64,000 bases of DNA, taken from Aestuariivirga sp. Its GTDB lineage: Bacteria > Pseudomonadota > Alphaproteobacteria > Rhizobiales > Aestuariivirgaceae. Below the pieces are notes generated by a model. That model was not told the origin of the DNA, searched no databases, and worked only from the letters and a program-made list of their open reading frames with translations. Where the stretch lies: the NCBI GenBank assembly GCA_043766895.1, contig JAYUHQ010000062.1:792-64791 (forward strand). Direction: 5' to 3'. This document shows, one piece after another, positions 9,491-20,181 of the stretch (position 1 is the stretch's first letter; every line of letters starts with the position of its first letter). A program made the position numbers and the translations under genes.

Positions 9491-10421
9491 ACACAACTCG
9501 TGGAAAATAAAACGACACCACCCAGTTGGGCATATCGACAATTTCGCTGATGCGCAGATCGCCACATACGGAACACAGCATATAGGCTTCAACCGCGCTA
9601 AGCTTATAACGCGCGCTTAACAGATCAATCATGCCGCGCACCGCATCGCGTGCACCTTGCATTAAATCAGGCCCGATGCCGGTGGTCACTTCATAGCCCT
9701 TTGCGTCGAGATGATGGGTGACAGGCCCCGGCGTTGTAAACCGCGGGAAGGCCAAATTTGCGCCTTTGATCAATTCCAGCTTGGCAGAAACAATACATGG
9801 GCTCTCAATTGCCGTGCCGCACACTTCGCCATCGCCTTGCGCTGCATGGGTATCTCCCAAGCTGAAAAGCCCGCCCGCCACTTCAACGGGAAGATAAAGT
9901 TCAGTGCCAGCCGCAATATCGCGAATGTCTAAATTGCCGCCCATGCGCCGCGGCGGCACAACCGAATGAAGCCCAGGTTCAGCCGGCGCCAAACCAATGG
10001 TTCCACAGAATGGCTTTAACGGAATACGTGCAGCTGAACTGTGCAAAGCCGGGCCCATGGCAACCGCGTCATATTTCCAAATATGCAAGGCCGGATCTTT
10101 AAACTGGTCTGCCAGCAAGCCAAAACCCGGGATATTAGCAGTCCAGCCCCAGCCAGAAGCAGCAAATTCAAGCAGTGTCACTTTAATGGCATCACCTGGT
10201 TCAGCGCCATCAACATAGACAGGGCCAGTAACCGGATTCACTTTGCCAAAATCAAGCTTTTGCAAATCGCTCAAAGTTGATTTTGCATTGAGTTGCCCGC
10301 CACTTGCGTCTTGGGTGTGAAACTCAATTGTCTCACCAGGTTTCACCCAAAGTGCAGGTGTGTTGGCATTGTTCCAGCCATGGTGGCAGGTGTGATCGTG
10401 AATGGTGTGGGTGCATTTCAT
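9483..10421 (-). CDS. Acetamidase/formamidase family protein
   Basis: NPVTGPVYVDGAEPGD, PPRRMGGNLD and GDTHAAQGDGEVCGTAIE motifs. Start moved to ATG 10421. Confidence 0.92.
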   Translation of the reverse strand: MKCTHTIHDHTCHHGWNNANTPALWVKPGETIEFHTQDASGGQLNAKSTLSDLQKLDFGKVNPVTGPVYVDGAEPGDAIKVTLLEFAASGWGWTANIPGFGLLADQFKDPALHIWKYDAVAMGPALHSSAARIPLKPFCGTIGLAPAEPGLHSVVPPRRMGGNLDIRDIAAGTELYLPVEVAGGLFSLGDTHAAQGDGEVCGTAIESPCIVSAKLELIKGANLAFPRFTTPGPVTHHLDAKGYEVTTGIGPDLMQGARDAVRGMIDLLSARYKLSAVEAYMLCSVCGDLRISEIVDMPNWVVSFYFPRVVFE

Positions 10422-10529
10422 GGTGTTGAAATTCGCGTGCTGCGACAAAACTGTCAATCCCTAAATCGTCATTGCCATTCGTAAAAATTCGAAATAGGTT
10501 GATCGCTCAGGGAAAATATGAGGCGTTAA

Positions 10530-11429
10530 ATGCCCGCGTTGAAGCAGCTTGAAGGCCGCGCAAAGTTCGGCCCTTATGAAACATGGTATCGCATAACGGG
10601 CGATCTCAACTCTAAAAAACCGCCAATATTTCTTCTCCACGGTGGGCCCGGGGTTGGGCATAATTACATCGATGCTTATAAGCTTCTGGCAAATGATGGC
10701 CGGGCAGTTATTCACTATGACCAAATCGGCTGTGGCAATTCCACGTTGTTGCCTGACAAAGGCGGTGACTTTTGGACAGTGCAACTTTTTATTGATGAGT
10801 TGAACAATCTGATTGACCATTTGGGCCAACGCAAAGCCTTTCATGTTCTGGGCCAAAGTTGGGGCGGCATGTTGGGCGCTGAATATGGCACCACCAGACC
10901 GCAAGGTTTGAAGTCTTTGACAATCGCAAATTCACCCGCTTCGATGGCGCTGTGGATGAGCGAAGCTGCGCGTATGCGTTCGCTGATGCCACAGCCCATC
11001 CAAGATGCGCTGAACAAACACGAAGCTGCAGGCACGACCGACAGCAAAGAATATCAAGACGCAACAATGTGGGTTTACGAGCGCCACGTCTGCCGCGTTG
11101 TGCCCTTCCCTCCAGAGGTTGTTGCGTCGTTCGAACAGGTGGCCCGCAACCCCACCGTTTATCATGTGATGAACGGGCCTAATGAATTCTTTGTGGTGGG
11201 CACGCTTAAAACATGGAGTGTGATTGATCGCCTTCACCTGATCAATGTACCAACGTATGTTTTGTCGGGTTATTATGATGAAGCAACACCGCCCTGCGCG
11301 CAGCCTTTCAAAGATCACATCAAAGGTGCCATCGGTGAAATTTATGGAAATTCAAGCCACATGCCTCACATCGAAGAACAAGAGCTGTGCATGAAAAACG
11401 TTGGGAAATTCCTCGCAGACAATGATTAA
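10530..11429 (+). CDS. Proline iminopeptidase-family alpha/beta hydrolase (L-amino-acid amidase-like)
   Basis: HGGPG oxyanion motif, GQSWGG nucleophile elbow, YDE and SSHMPH. Confidence 0.92.
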   Translation: MPALKQLEGRAKFGPYETWYRITGDLNSKKPPIFLLHGGPGVGHNYIDAYKLLANDGRAVIHYDQIGCGNSTLLPDKGGDFWTVQLFIDELNNLIDHLGQRKAFHVLGQSWGGMLGAEYGTTRPQGLKSLTIANSPASMALWMSEAARMRSLMPQPIQDALNKHEAAGTTDSKEYQDATMWVYERHVCRVVPFPPEVVASFEQVARNPTVYHVMNGPNEFFVVGTLKTWSVIDRLHLINVPTYVLSGYYDEATPPCAQPFKDHIKGAIGEIYGNSSHMPHIEEQELCMKNVGKFLADND

Positions 11430-11444
11430 ACCAAGGAGACGAGC

Positions 11445-13106
11445 ATGAAGAAACTATTATTGGCAGGCGTTGCATCGTTGTTGTTTACAGCAGGTGCATT
11501 AAGCCCCGCATCAGCCGAATATATGAAAGAACATCGCGGTGGAACGATGCGCATTTTGGCCCATGCCGCAGGCGGTACGATTGACCCACATATCAATTAC
11601 ACGCTGCAATATTGGCAGATTTATCAATCAACCTATGATGGCCTGATTGCTTTTCAAAAGGCCGCGGGCGCTGATGGCTTTATCAAGGTTCCTGATATTG
11701 CCGAAGATTTTCCAAAGCCCACCAATGATGGCAAGACTTATGTTTTCAAAATTCGCAAAGGCATTAAATTTTCCAATGGCAATGAACTTGGCGTAAAAGA
11801 TGTGGTTGCATCGTTGCAACGCATTTTTAAAGTGTCCAGCCCAACGGCTGGTGGTTTTTATTCGGTAATCGTTGGTGCTGATGCTTGCATTAAAACACCA
11901 AAAACTTGCACCCTTGAAGGCGGTGTTGTGGGCGATGAAGCCGCAAGCACCGTAACGATCAACCTAACCCGGCCAGATGCTGAGTTTTTTGACAAGCTGG
12001 CCCTGCCCCACGCAACAATCTTGCCAGCAGATTCACCCACGGCTGATGTGGGTTCTAATCCCCTGCCCGGCACCGGCCCATATATGTTCTCGGCCTATGA
12101 CCCCAACAAAGGCATGACATTGGTGCGCAATCCAAACTTCAAGGTGTGGAGCGAAAAAGCCCAGCCGGATGGCTATCCAGATATTGTGCAATATGATTTT
12201 GGTCCAACAGAAGAAGCCCAGGTAACGGCCGTGCAAAATGGTGAAGCCGATTGGATGTTTGATGAAGCACCAGCTGATCGGCTGGCCGAAATGGGAACCA
12301 AAAACAAAGACCAAGTGCATGTGACACCGCTGACAGCGTGGTGGTATTTGCCCATGAACAACAAGCTGGCACCATTTGATAATATCAAAGCGCGCCAAGC
12401 CGTGAACTATGCGCTAGATCGCAAGGCTTTGGTCAACCTGTTCGGCGGGCCAGTTCTTGCAACGCCCGTGTGCCAAGTATTGCCACCAGGTTTCCCCGGC
12501 CATGTTGATTATTGCCCTTATACCAAAGACCCCGGTGCAAAATGGTCTGCGCCAGACATGGAAAAGGCCAAGAAATTGGTCGAAGAATCGGGCACCAAAG
12601 GCCAAAAAGTTACAATCATTGTGGAAGACAAATCGATTTCAAAATCGATTGGTGTTTATCTGCAAAGCTTGTTGACCGATCTTGGTTATGTGGTGGAAGT
12701 AAAACCCATCTCGCCAGATATTCAATTCACCTATATTCAGAACACCAACAACAAGGTGCAAATGTCTGTAACGCAGTGGTATCAAGATTATCCGGCAGCT
12801 TCAGATTTCTTGAACATCCTGTTCGGAAGTTCAAGCTATACACCGGGGTCTGATAGTTCCATCAACATTGCGGGCTATACCAACAAAGACTTGGATGCAA
12901 AAATGCAATCCGCTTTGGCCTTGGGTGTTACCGACCAAGATGCGGCTAACAAGATCTGGGCTGAGGTTGATAAAACAGTGACAGATGATTCACCCGCCGC
13001 AGCCATGTTTACACCAAAGCATTTGGATTTTGTGTCCAAGCGGCTAGGCAACTTCCAGTTCAACTCACAGTTCTATTGGATGGTTACACAGTCTTGGGTG
13101 AAATAA
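11445..13106 (+). CDS. Peptide/opine/nickel-family ABC transporter substrate-binding protein
   Basis: Signal peptide, family-5 motifs YVFKIRKGIKFSNG and GTGPY; AAGGAG RBS. Confidence 0.93.
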   Translation: MKKLLLAGVASLLFTAGALSPASAEYMKEHRGGTMRILAHAAGGTIDPHINYTLQYWQIYQSTYDGLIAFQKAAGADGFIKVPDIAEDFPKPTNDGKTYVFKIRKGIKFSNGNELGVKDVVASLQRIFKVSSPTAGGFYSVIVGADACIKTPKTCTLEGGVVGDEAASTVTINLTRPDAEFFDKLALPHATILPADSPTADVGSNPLPGTGPYMFSAYDPNKGMTLVRNPNFKVWSEKAQPDGYPDIVQYDFGPTEEAQVTAVQNGEADWMFDEAPADRLAEMGTKNKDQVHVTPLTAWWYLPMNNKLAPFDNIKARQAVNYALDRKALVNLFGGPVLATPVCQVLPPGFPGHVDYCPYTKDPGAKWSAPDMEKAKKLVEESGTKGQKVTIIVEDKSISKSIGVYLQSLLTDLGYVVEVKPISPDIQFTYIQNTNNKVQMSVTQWYQDYPAASDFLNILFGSSSYTPGSDSSINIAGYTNKDLDAKMQSALALGVTDQDAANKIWAEVDKTVTDDSPAAAMFTPKHLDFVSKRLGNFQFNSQFYWMVTQSWVK

Positions 13107-13116
13107 GGCCCAAAAT

Positions 13117-14133
13117 TTGACTGACTTAACTTTAAATACAGCACGTAAAAGCCGTGGCCCATGGGCCACGGCAATGCGCCGCTTATGGCGAGATCGCACA
13201 GCAATGTTAGCGCTGTTCATGTTTCTACTGATTTTGGTTTTGTGCCTTTTGGCACCAGTTTACGCCGCATGGTCTCACATGCAGCCGTTTAAATCCACCT
13301 TGGATGCAACCATTATCTTCGATGGTAAAACAGTCAACGTGATGGAACAATCCACCGAGGGTTTAGGCATGGGCTATAATCCCATCGGCCCCACATGGCA
13401 GCCTGGCAATTATTTCTTGGGGGCTGATAATCAGGGCCGCGATGTGATGAGCCGCTTGCTTTATGGGGGCATCAATTCATTTTTAATTGCGGGCACTGCA
13501 ACCATATTCACACTTTTTTTCGCAACGTTGATGGGGCTTGCCGCAGGCTTTTTTGGTGGCTTCATCGACATTCTTCTGTCGCGCATCCTCGATATTCTAT
13601 GGGCCTTTCCAGTTTATCTTTTGGCCATTTCACTTTCTATTGTATTGATTGCCCATGGCATTTCAATTGGGCCCATTACCATTGAATCAGGCAGCCTGTG
13701 GTTGCCCATTTTCATTATCGGTGTTGTCTATATTCCTTATGTGGCAAGGCCCATTCGCGGGCAGGTTTTATCATTGCGGCAAAGTGAATTTGTCATGGCC
13801 GCCATTGGTTTGGGTGTGCCCAGCCACCGCATTCTCTTGCGTGATATTTTGCCAAATGTATCCACCACCTTAATCGTTTTTGTGCCTTTGATGATGGCGC
13901 TCAACATGCTCACTGAATCAGCCCTTTCGTTCTTGTCGATTGGCGTGCAAGCGCCAGATGCAAGTTGGGGCACAATTATCCAAGATGGTCAGGGCTTGCT
14001 CTATTCGCGGCCGATGGTGGCGCTGGCACCAGGCTTTGCCATTGTTCTCAGCGTGTTGACGCTTAACGTTTTGGGTGACGGTTTGCGTGATGCGCTTGAC
14101 CCGCGTTCGAAAATTAAACTGGGGCGCGGCTGA
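13117..14133 (+). CDS. ABC permease (DppC/OppC type)
   Basis: LGADNQGRDVMSRLLYG, EFVMAAIGLG and ESALSFLSIG motifs. Confidence 0.93.
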   Translation: MTDLTLNTARKSRGPWATAMRRLWRDRTAMLALFMFLLILVLCLLAPVYAAWSHMQPFKSTLDATIIFDGKTVNVMEQSTEGLGMGYNPIGPTWQPGNYFLGADNQGRDVMSRLLYGGINSFLIAGTATIFTLFFATLMGLAAGFFGGFIDILLSRILDILWAFPVYLLAISLSIVLIAHGISIGPITIESGSLWLPIFIIGVVYIPYVARPIRGQVLSLRQSEFVMAAIGLGVPSHRILLRDILPNVSTTLIVFVPLMMALNMLTESALSFLSIGVQAPDASWGTIIQDGQGLLYSRPMVALAPGFAIVLSVLTLNVLGDGLRDALDPRSKIKLGRG

Positions 14134-15104
14134 TGCTGCTGGCCATTGCACAACGGTTGGGTCAAATGCTGTTTGTCATGGTGGGCATCAGCGTCACCGT
14201 ATTTTTGATTTTTTTTGCAACGCCGGGCGCTGATCCTTCGGCGCGCATTGCCGGCCGCAATGCCAGCCCCGAAATTTTAGAAGCGGTGCGAAAAAGTTTT
14301 GGCTTTGATCAACCATTTTATGTGCAATATCTGATCATGATGAAAAAGATTTTCGTCACGGGCGATCTCACCTCGTTTGTTAACCGCGGGTGGAAAGTTG
14401 TTCCCGCCATTCTGGACGCCATTCCCGTTACAATTTCTCTGGTTGTTGGCGCTGCCGTTCTGTGGGTTATATTTGCAATCATTCTGGGAACGGTGGCGGC
14501 AGCCACCCGCGGCAGTTGGCTTGATAAGTTTCTGATGATCTTGGGCCTCATCGGCATCTCAATGCCGGTTTACTGGTTGGGCGAAGTGATGAACTTGATC
14601 ACGCAGAGCCGCTTTAAAGATACATGGATGTTTTCGTGGGTTCCGCCGCTTGGATATAAAAATCTCAGCGATGATCCCAAGGCGTGGTTTCTAACACTCA
14701 TCATTCCATGGATCACTTTGGCCATTCTTTATATCGGCCTTTATGCCCGGGTGTTGCGCGCCAATTTGATTGAAGCGATGCAAGAAGATTATGTGCGCAC
14801 CGCGCGCGCCAAGGGCCTATCTGAAACGCGCATTCTTCTGCGCCACGCGTTGCGCACATCACTGATCAGTTTTGTAACTTTGTTTGGCTTAGATTTCGGC
14901 GCTCTGGTGGGGGGCGCAGCACTTTTGACAGAAGTTGTGTTTGATCTGCATGGCGTGGGCAAGCTTACCTATGAGGCGTTGCTCACCCTTGATCTGCCCG
15001 TCATCATGGCAACGGTGCTTTATGCGTCATTCTTCGTGGTGCTTGCCAATGCCTTGGTTGATGTTCTTTATATTTTTCTAGATCCGCGGGTGAGAACTGC
15101 CTGA
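14133..15104 (+). CDS. ABC permease (DppB/OppB type)
   Basis: EDYVRTARAKGLSE EAA loop; ends LDPRVR. Confidence 0.93.
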   Translation: MLLAIAQRLGQMLFVMVGISVTVFLIFFATPGADPSARIAGRNASPEILEAVRKSFGFDQPFYVQYLIMMKKIFVTGDLTSFVNRGWKVVPAILDAIPVTISLVVGAAVLWVIFAIILGTVAAATRGSWLDKFLMILGLIGISMPVYWLGEVMNLITQSRFKDTWMFSWVPPLGYKNLSDDPKAWFLTLIIPWITLAILYIGLYARVLRANLIEAMQEDYVRTARAKGLSETRILLRHALRTSLISFVTLFGLDFGALVGGAALLTEVVFDLHGVGKLTYEALLTLDLPVIMATVLYASFFVVLANALVDVLYIFLDPRVRTA

Positions 15105-16054
15105 TGTTAGAAGTGCGCGATCTAAAAGTTTCATTTCGCACCGAGCAGGGATTGGTCCAGGCCATTGATGGCGTTTCATTTAATGTGGCCGAAGGAGAAA
15201 TTCTTGGCGTGGTGGGCGAGTCTGGGTCAGGCAAAACAGTTTCGCTGTTAGCTGTGATGGGCTTGATTACAGATCCCAACGCGGTGATTGAAGGATCTAT
15301 CACCTATCAAGGCCGCGAACTTGTAGGCCTCAATGCCAAAGAAATGCGCAAATTGCGCGGGCGCGAAATTGCAATGATCTTTCAAGATCCGATGACGGCA
15401 TTGACACCTGTTTACACAATTGGCTGGCAGATCGCCGAACAAATTCGCGCCCACACCAAAATCAGCGCCAAAGCCGCTGAACAACGCGCCATCGACCTGC
15501 TTGCCGAAGTGAACATTCCTAACCCATCAGAGGCAATCCATCGTTATCCCCATCAACTGTCTGGCGGCATGCGCCAACGCGCAGTGATCGCCATGGCCTT
15601 ATCATGCAACCCTTCTCTTTTGGTGGCAGACGAGCCGACAACAGCGTTGGATGTAACAGTGCAAGCACAAATCTTGGATTTGGTACGCAAACTGCAAAAG
15701 AACCATAAATCTGCTGTTGTCTTTATCACGCACGACATGGGCGTGATTGCTGAAATCGCCACGCGGGTTATGGTGATGTATGCTGGCCGCATTGTTGAAC
15801 GCGGCACCAAGGGTGAATTGTTTTCAGATCCTTTGCACCCTTACACCAAAGCCCTGCTCGATTCCATTCCGCCGCTTGAAGGCATTAGGCCTCATCGCTT
15901 GAAATCAATTCCGGGCGCGCCGCCCACATTGCTCAATCGGCCAACGGGTTGTGCATTTGCACCCCGCTGCAGCAATCGTTTTGATGCCTGCGTCAACACA
16001 CCCGTGCTGACCGCCCATGGCCATGACGCAGCCTGTTTCAAGGTAAATCCATGA
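15104..16054 (+). CDS. ABC ATP-binding protein (DppD type)
   Basis: [25 protein letters not shown] and C-terminal GCAFAPRC. Confidence 0.95.
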   Translation: MLEVRDLKVSFRTEQGLVQAIDGVSFNVAEGEILGVVGESGSGKTVSLLAVMGLITDPNAVIEGSITYQGRELVGLNAKEMRKLRGREIAMIFQDPMTALTPVYTIGWQIAEQIRAHTKISAKAAEQRAIDLLAEVNIPNPSEAIHRYPHQLSGGMRQRAVIAMALSCNPSLLVADEPTTALDVTVQAQILDLVRKLQKNHKSAVVFITHDMGVIAEIATRVMVMYAGRIVERGTKGELFSDPLHPYTKALLDSIPPLEGIRPHRLKSIPGAPPTLLNRPTGCAFAPRCSNRFDACVNTPVLTAHGHDAACFKVNP

Positions 16055-17058
16055 CCATTTTGTACGAAGCCAAAAATGTCAGCAAACAATTCACTGTGGG
16101 CAGCCGCTTTTCGGCGCAAGGCAAACTAATTGTTAAGGCCGTCGATAATGTTTCGCTGGCAATCAATGCGGGTGAAACCCTAGGCTTGGTGGGCGAGTCT
16201 GGCTGTGGCAAATCCACCTTGGGCCGCTGCATGACAAGGCTTTATGAAATATCTGATGGCCATTTGATTTTTGATGGCGATGACATCTCCAAAAAGTCAA
16301 TTCGTCAACTGCGGCCCTTGCGTGCCAAGTTGCAAATGGTGTTTCAAGATCCTTCCGCCTCGCTCAACCCGCGCCGCCGCATTCGTGATTTAATTGCCGA
16401 ACCGTTGCGCATCCACACCCAACAAAATGAGGCCGAGATTTCAGACAGGGTGTCTGAATTGCTGGGCTTGGTAGGTCTTTCGCCTGATCATGCCACGCGC
16501 TTTCAACATGAATTTTCTGGTGGGCAGCGCCAGCGCATTGGCATTGCGCGCGCCATTGCAGTTAATCCGAAGCTTATCGTGTTGGACGAACCCGTCTCAG
16601 CACTAGATGTGTCTGTGCAGGCGCAAATCGTCAACCTGTTGGCCGACTTGCAGGAAAAACTTAATCTTACTTATGTGTTCATTGCCCATGATCTGAGTGT
16701 GGTGCGGCAAGTTTCAACCCGCATCGCAGTGATGTATTTGGGCTCTATTGTTGAAATTGGAAATGCCGATGATGTTTTTTCAAAGCCAGCCCACCCCTAT
16801 ACGCAAGCGTTAATCTCAGCGGTTCCCTTGCCCGATCTTAACAAGGCGGGTTCACGCAAACGCATTATTTTAACGGGTGATGTGCCAAGCCCGGTTAACC
16901 CTCCTTCGGGTTGTCGTTTCCATCCGCGCTGCCCAATTGCCCAAGAGCGTTGTAAAAGTGAACGCCCAATTCTTGCCGTGCACAATTTAAAACAACAAGT
17001 GGCTTGTCATTTTCCTGGCGAGCTCAGCACCACCGCAGTTCGCAAGGCTAGTGTCTAA
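16051..17058 (+). CDS. ABC ATP-binding protein (DppF type)
   Basis: [25 protein letters not shown] and GCRFHPRC. Confidence 0.95.
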   Translation: MTILYEAKNVSKQFTVGSRFSAQGKLIVKAVDNVSLAINAGETLGLVGESGCGKSTLGRCMTRLYEISDGHLIFDGDDISKKSIRQLRPLRAKLQMVFQDPSASLNPRRRIRDLIAEPLRIHTQQNEAEISDRVSELLGLVGLSPDHATRFQHEFSGGQRQRIGIARAIAVNPKLIVLDEPVSALDVSVQAQIVNLLADLQEKLNLTYVFIAHDLSVVRQVSTRIAVMYLGSIVEIGNADDVFSKPAHPYTQALISAVPLPDLNKAGSRKRIILTGDVPSPVNPPSGCRFHPRCPIAQERCKSERPILAVHNLKQQVACHFPGELSTTAVRKASV

Positions 17059-17459
17059 GCCATCGCGCGCGCCACTAACAAAGTATCTGTAAATTGCTCA
17101 AAGCGGGCCACCTTGCCATCTTTCACATGCCAAACATGCACAACGCGGGCGGAAAAAGATTTTCCAGTTTGTTTGTGCCGCCCCGCGTAATCCCCAATTG
17201 CAACGGCATGATCACCCGCATCCAACAAGCGCTCCAGCTTGAAAGTGTAATCATCAAACTGCGCGCCCAACGCCATAAACACGTTTTTAACAATTTCCTG
17301 CGGCCCGTAATAAGTGCCAGCACAAGGAAAGCCTGCCATTTCAATCCATTGCGTGTTTGGCGTTATATCGGCCAACATTCCTTCAATGTCGCGGCGATCA
17401 TTGGCATCATAGTGGGCCTTCACAACATCATAAGCACTGCGCATAACAATTTCCTTCAT
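17055..17459 (-). CDS. SnoaL/NTF2-like family protein
   Basis: WIEMAGFPCAGTYYG...HVWHVKDGKVARFEQFTDT pattern. Confidence 0.88.
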   Translation of the reverse strand: MKEIVMRSAYDVVKAHYDANDRRDIEGMLADITPNTQWIEMAGFPCAGTYYGPQEIVKNVFMALGAQFDDYTFKLERLLDAGDHAVAIGDYAGRHKQTGKSFSARVVHVWHVKDGKVARFEQFTDTLLVARAMA

Positions 17460-18247
17460 ACTGGTTCTTGGCCGGGCAAATAATAGCTCATCGAAACTTT
17501 TCGGATGTGAGCGCCGGCCGGGTTGTTTTCGATTTCACCTTTGCCGGTGACACCCAGAAATTTTCCTGTCGATCGCATGTCGGCAAAATTGTAAAAAAAT
17601 GTCGATGCCACTGGAATGATGAATTCACGGAAGGTGAAAATATATTGTTCTTCAGCAAATTTGTAGGTGGTTGTGAGATCAACATCACCATGGCCGCGCT
17701 GAACACCCACAAGACATTGCCACGCATAACGCTCTGAAGATAAATATGTATGTTCATAAACGTGCTGCGGGCTATAAGTATAATGCGCTCTAAGGCCAAT
17801 TAAATCACGCGTTGGAGCAGGCGCAAAACTATTGCCAGGTGATGTGCCACTAATAATTCCTGCGCGAAATATTTGCGCCACGCGTGGTTGGCCCGAATTG
17901 GCCCCCGCGTCACGCACTATTGAACGGATGGAAAGCACCCGTCCTGTTAGTATGTTCAGAATGATTGTTTCGGCTTCTTTGGCGCCCTTGGCAAATGTTG
18001 CATCGACAAAATACGTGTCAGCTGCAACGCAAACAATATCGCCAGTTGCTTGGGTCTTATGACCATTTTCTAACCATGTCAGCGCGCTGCCATCCATAAA
18101 TTCAAGCGCAATTTCTCGACCATCTTCAAACGCAATAGCAATGTTTTTGCCCGCGAGTGCTGCGCTGGGCGCCAATCTGTTGGTGGCAATGCCAGCGGCA
18201 AAATCATCATAATTTTTCCATTCCGCTGGTGCTGTTGTGTCAGTCAT
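17456..18247 (-). CDS. MoaF-like domain protein
   Basis: YTYSPQHVYEHTYLSSERYAWQCLVG resembles the MoaF C-terminal motif. GGAG RBS before ATG 18247. Confidence 0.75.
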   Translation of the reverse strand: MTDTTAPAEWKNYDDFAAGIATNRLAPSAALAGKNIAIAFEDGREIALEFMDGSALTWLENGHKTQATGDIVCVAADTYFVDATFAKGAKEAETIILNILTGRVLSIRSIVRDAGANSGQPRVAQIFRAGIISGTSPGNSFAPAPTRDLIGLRAHYTYSPQHVYEHTYLSSERYAWQCLVGVQRGHGDVDLTTTYKFAEEQYIFTFREFIIPVASTFFYNFADMRSTGKFLGVTGKGEIENNPAGAHIRKVSMSYYLPGQEPV

Positions 18248-18262
18248 GTGCAATCTCCAATT

Positions 18263-19048
18263 TCAAACAAAGGCCAAGGTGGGCAAATCAACTGTGCCTG
18301 CACCACCATCAACAGTTACAATCGCGCCATTGACCATGGCTGCCTCTGGGCACGCGAGAAAGCACACAACGTTGGCAACCTCTTCTGGCGATGCAGGCCT
18401 GCCCAAGGGCACATCTTTGGTAACCAACGCATAAGCTTCTGCCACTGAGTTCAATCCGTGTTTGGCGATGATGTGTTGCATCTGCTCATCAGCCATTGCC
18501 GTTGTCACCCAACCTGGGCAAACCGTGTTTGTGCGCACACCAAAGCGGCCATAGTCACGCGCCAATGATTTTGCCAAACCAATGCAGGCGTGTTTCATGG
18601 TCACATAGCCCGCCGCATCAGGGCCAGAAAATAGCCCTGCGATAGAAGACAAAACCACAATATTGCCCTTGCGTTTAATCAACTGCGGCAAGCATTCGCG
18701 CGCACTGACAAAGGCCGTGTCAAGGTTAAGCCGCGTGGCCAAAGACCAGGTTTCATCGCTCATTGAAAGTGTGGGGCCAACGCCGTGCCCACCCGCATTG
18801 GCGATGAGAATATCAAGCCCGCCAAAGCGCTCAGCAATTTCGGCAACACCTTTGCCCATTGCAGCACCATCAGCAGCGTCTGCCACCACAACCATTGCTT
18901 TTGTTTCAGCAGCTACGGCTTCCAAGGGCTCTTTGCGCCGGCCCACCAACGCAATGTTTGCCCCTTCGCTTGCCAAGCGGCGCGCCACCGCCGCCCCAAT
19001 GCCAGTGCCGCCGCCCGTAATCAAAACAGTTTTGCTTTTAAAGCGCAT
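18263..19048 (-). CDS. Short-chain dehydrogenase/reductase
   Basis: TGGGTGIG, ANAG, S...YVTMK catalytic motif and VCPG. Confidence 0.95.
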   Translation of the reverse strand: MRFKSKTVLITGGGTGIGAAVARRLASEGANIALVGRRKEPLEAVAAETKAMVVVADAADGAAMGKGVAEIAERFGGLDILIANAGGHGVGPTLSMSDETWSLATRLNLDTAFVSARECLPQLIKRKGNIVVLSSIAGLFSGPDAAGYVTMKHACIGLAKSLARDYGRFGVRTNTVCPGWVTTAMADEQMQHIIAKHGLNSVAEAYALVTKDVPLGRPASPEEVANVVCFLACPEAAMVNGAIVTVDGGAGTVDLPTLAFV

Positions 19049-19060
19049 GGGTGAATTCCT

Positions 19061-20176
19061 TTACCGTTGCAATGCTCTTGCTTGTTCAACCAATAGTGCA
19101 CGTTGAAAAGCTTGGAAGGGGGCGTTGGGTTGTTGGCCCTTGAAAAAATCAAGTGCCGGATCAGCCACTTCAGTTTTGATGCCAGACAATTGCTCAATCA
19201 GCGCATGCCCACAAAATGGCACATATGATTCAGAATATCCCCCTTCGTGCACAACAGCCACGCGGCCCGCGCAATGGCGATCAGCAACACCCATGATCTC
19301 TGCCATCATCCAACGGAATGATTCACTGTAAAGCGACATGCGCGCTAATGGATCAAGCGCGTTGGCATCAAGACCCGAGGCCACAACAATCAGTTCGGGT
19401 TTATAAGCTTCGAGCGCCGGCAGAACCAACAACTCAAACGCATCGCGATAAGCTTGGTCGCCCCCGCCAGGAAGCAAAGGCACATTCAGATTATAGCCCT
19501 TGCCTGGGCCTTCACCACGTATGCTTGCAGCACCTGAATCATTGGGAAAACAATTTTCCTGATGAATCGAAATTGTCATCACATCTGAGCGCTTGATAAA
19601 CACTGCTTCGGTGCCGTTACCGTGGTGAACATCCCAATCCAAAATTGCAACGCGCGTTAATCCATGTTTGGCGATAGCTGCTTCAACCGCAATTGCGATA
19701 TTGGCAAACAGGCAAAAACCCATACCCATGTCTGGCAAACAATGATGGCCCGGCGGCCTTGAAAGAACGTAAGCGTTTTTTACTTCACCGCAAATCACAG
19801 CGTCCACGCCGGCAATTGCCAAGCCCGCCGATTGTTTTGCAATTTCATAGCCCCCTTGGCTGAAGCTGGCCTGAATGCCCATGTCACCGCCGCCAGCATC
19901 ACTGAGAGATTTAAATTTATTCAGATATGATTGCGGATGAACGCGCAACAGATCTTCTTCTGTAGCCATTTTTGCCGTGCGTTGATCAAGCTGGCCCAAC
20001 AACCCTGATGCATCCATTAAGTTTCGCAAGCGACGTTTAGTATCTGGCGATTCAGCAAGGCCTGAAGCATTGGGCGGCTGCACCCAGCCCCCAACCGGAA
20101 ACACACCTGCATGAAGTTGGCCAGAGTGCCACATGCATTTTTCGTCGAAATAGAATCCAGTTTTAGGTTTTGCCAT
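19061..20176 (-). CDS. Class II histone-deacetylase-family Zn amidohydrolase
   Basis: RPPGHH, GFC, DWDVHHGNGT, GLDA and HEGGY, all intact. Start moved to 20176. Confidence 0.93.
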   Translation of the reverse strand: MAKPKTGFYFDEKCMWHSGQLHAGVFPVGGWVQPPNASGLAESPDTKRRLRNLMDASGLLGQLDQRTAKMATEEDLLRVHPQSYLNKFKSLSDAGGGDMGIQASFSQGGYEIAKQSAGLAIAGVDAVICGEVKNAYVLSRPPGHHCLPDMGMGFCLFANIAIAVEAAIAKHGLTRVAILDWDVHHGNGTEAVFIKRSDVMTISIHQENCFPNDSGAASIRGEGPGKGYNLNVPLLPGGGDQAYRDAFELLVLPALEAYKPELIVVASGLDANALDPLARMSLYSESFRWMMAEIMGVADRHCAGRVAVVHEGGYSESYVPFCGHALIEQLSGIKTEVADPALDFFKGQQPNAPFQAFQRALLVEQARALQR

Positions 20177-20181
20177 GAACA

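Noticed and set aside
17456-18247. Molybdenum-cofactor biosynthesis role for the MoaF-like gene
   Set aside because: No moa/moe/mog genes or molybdoenzymes are nearby; the name is only a family label.
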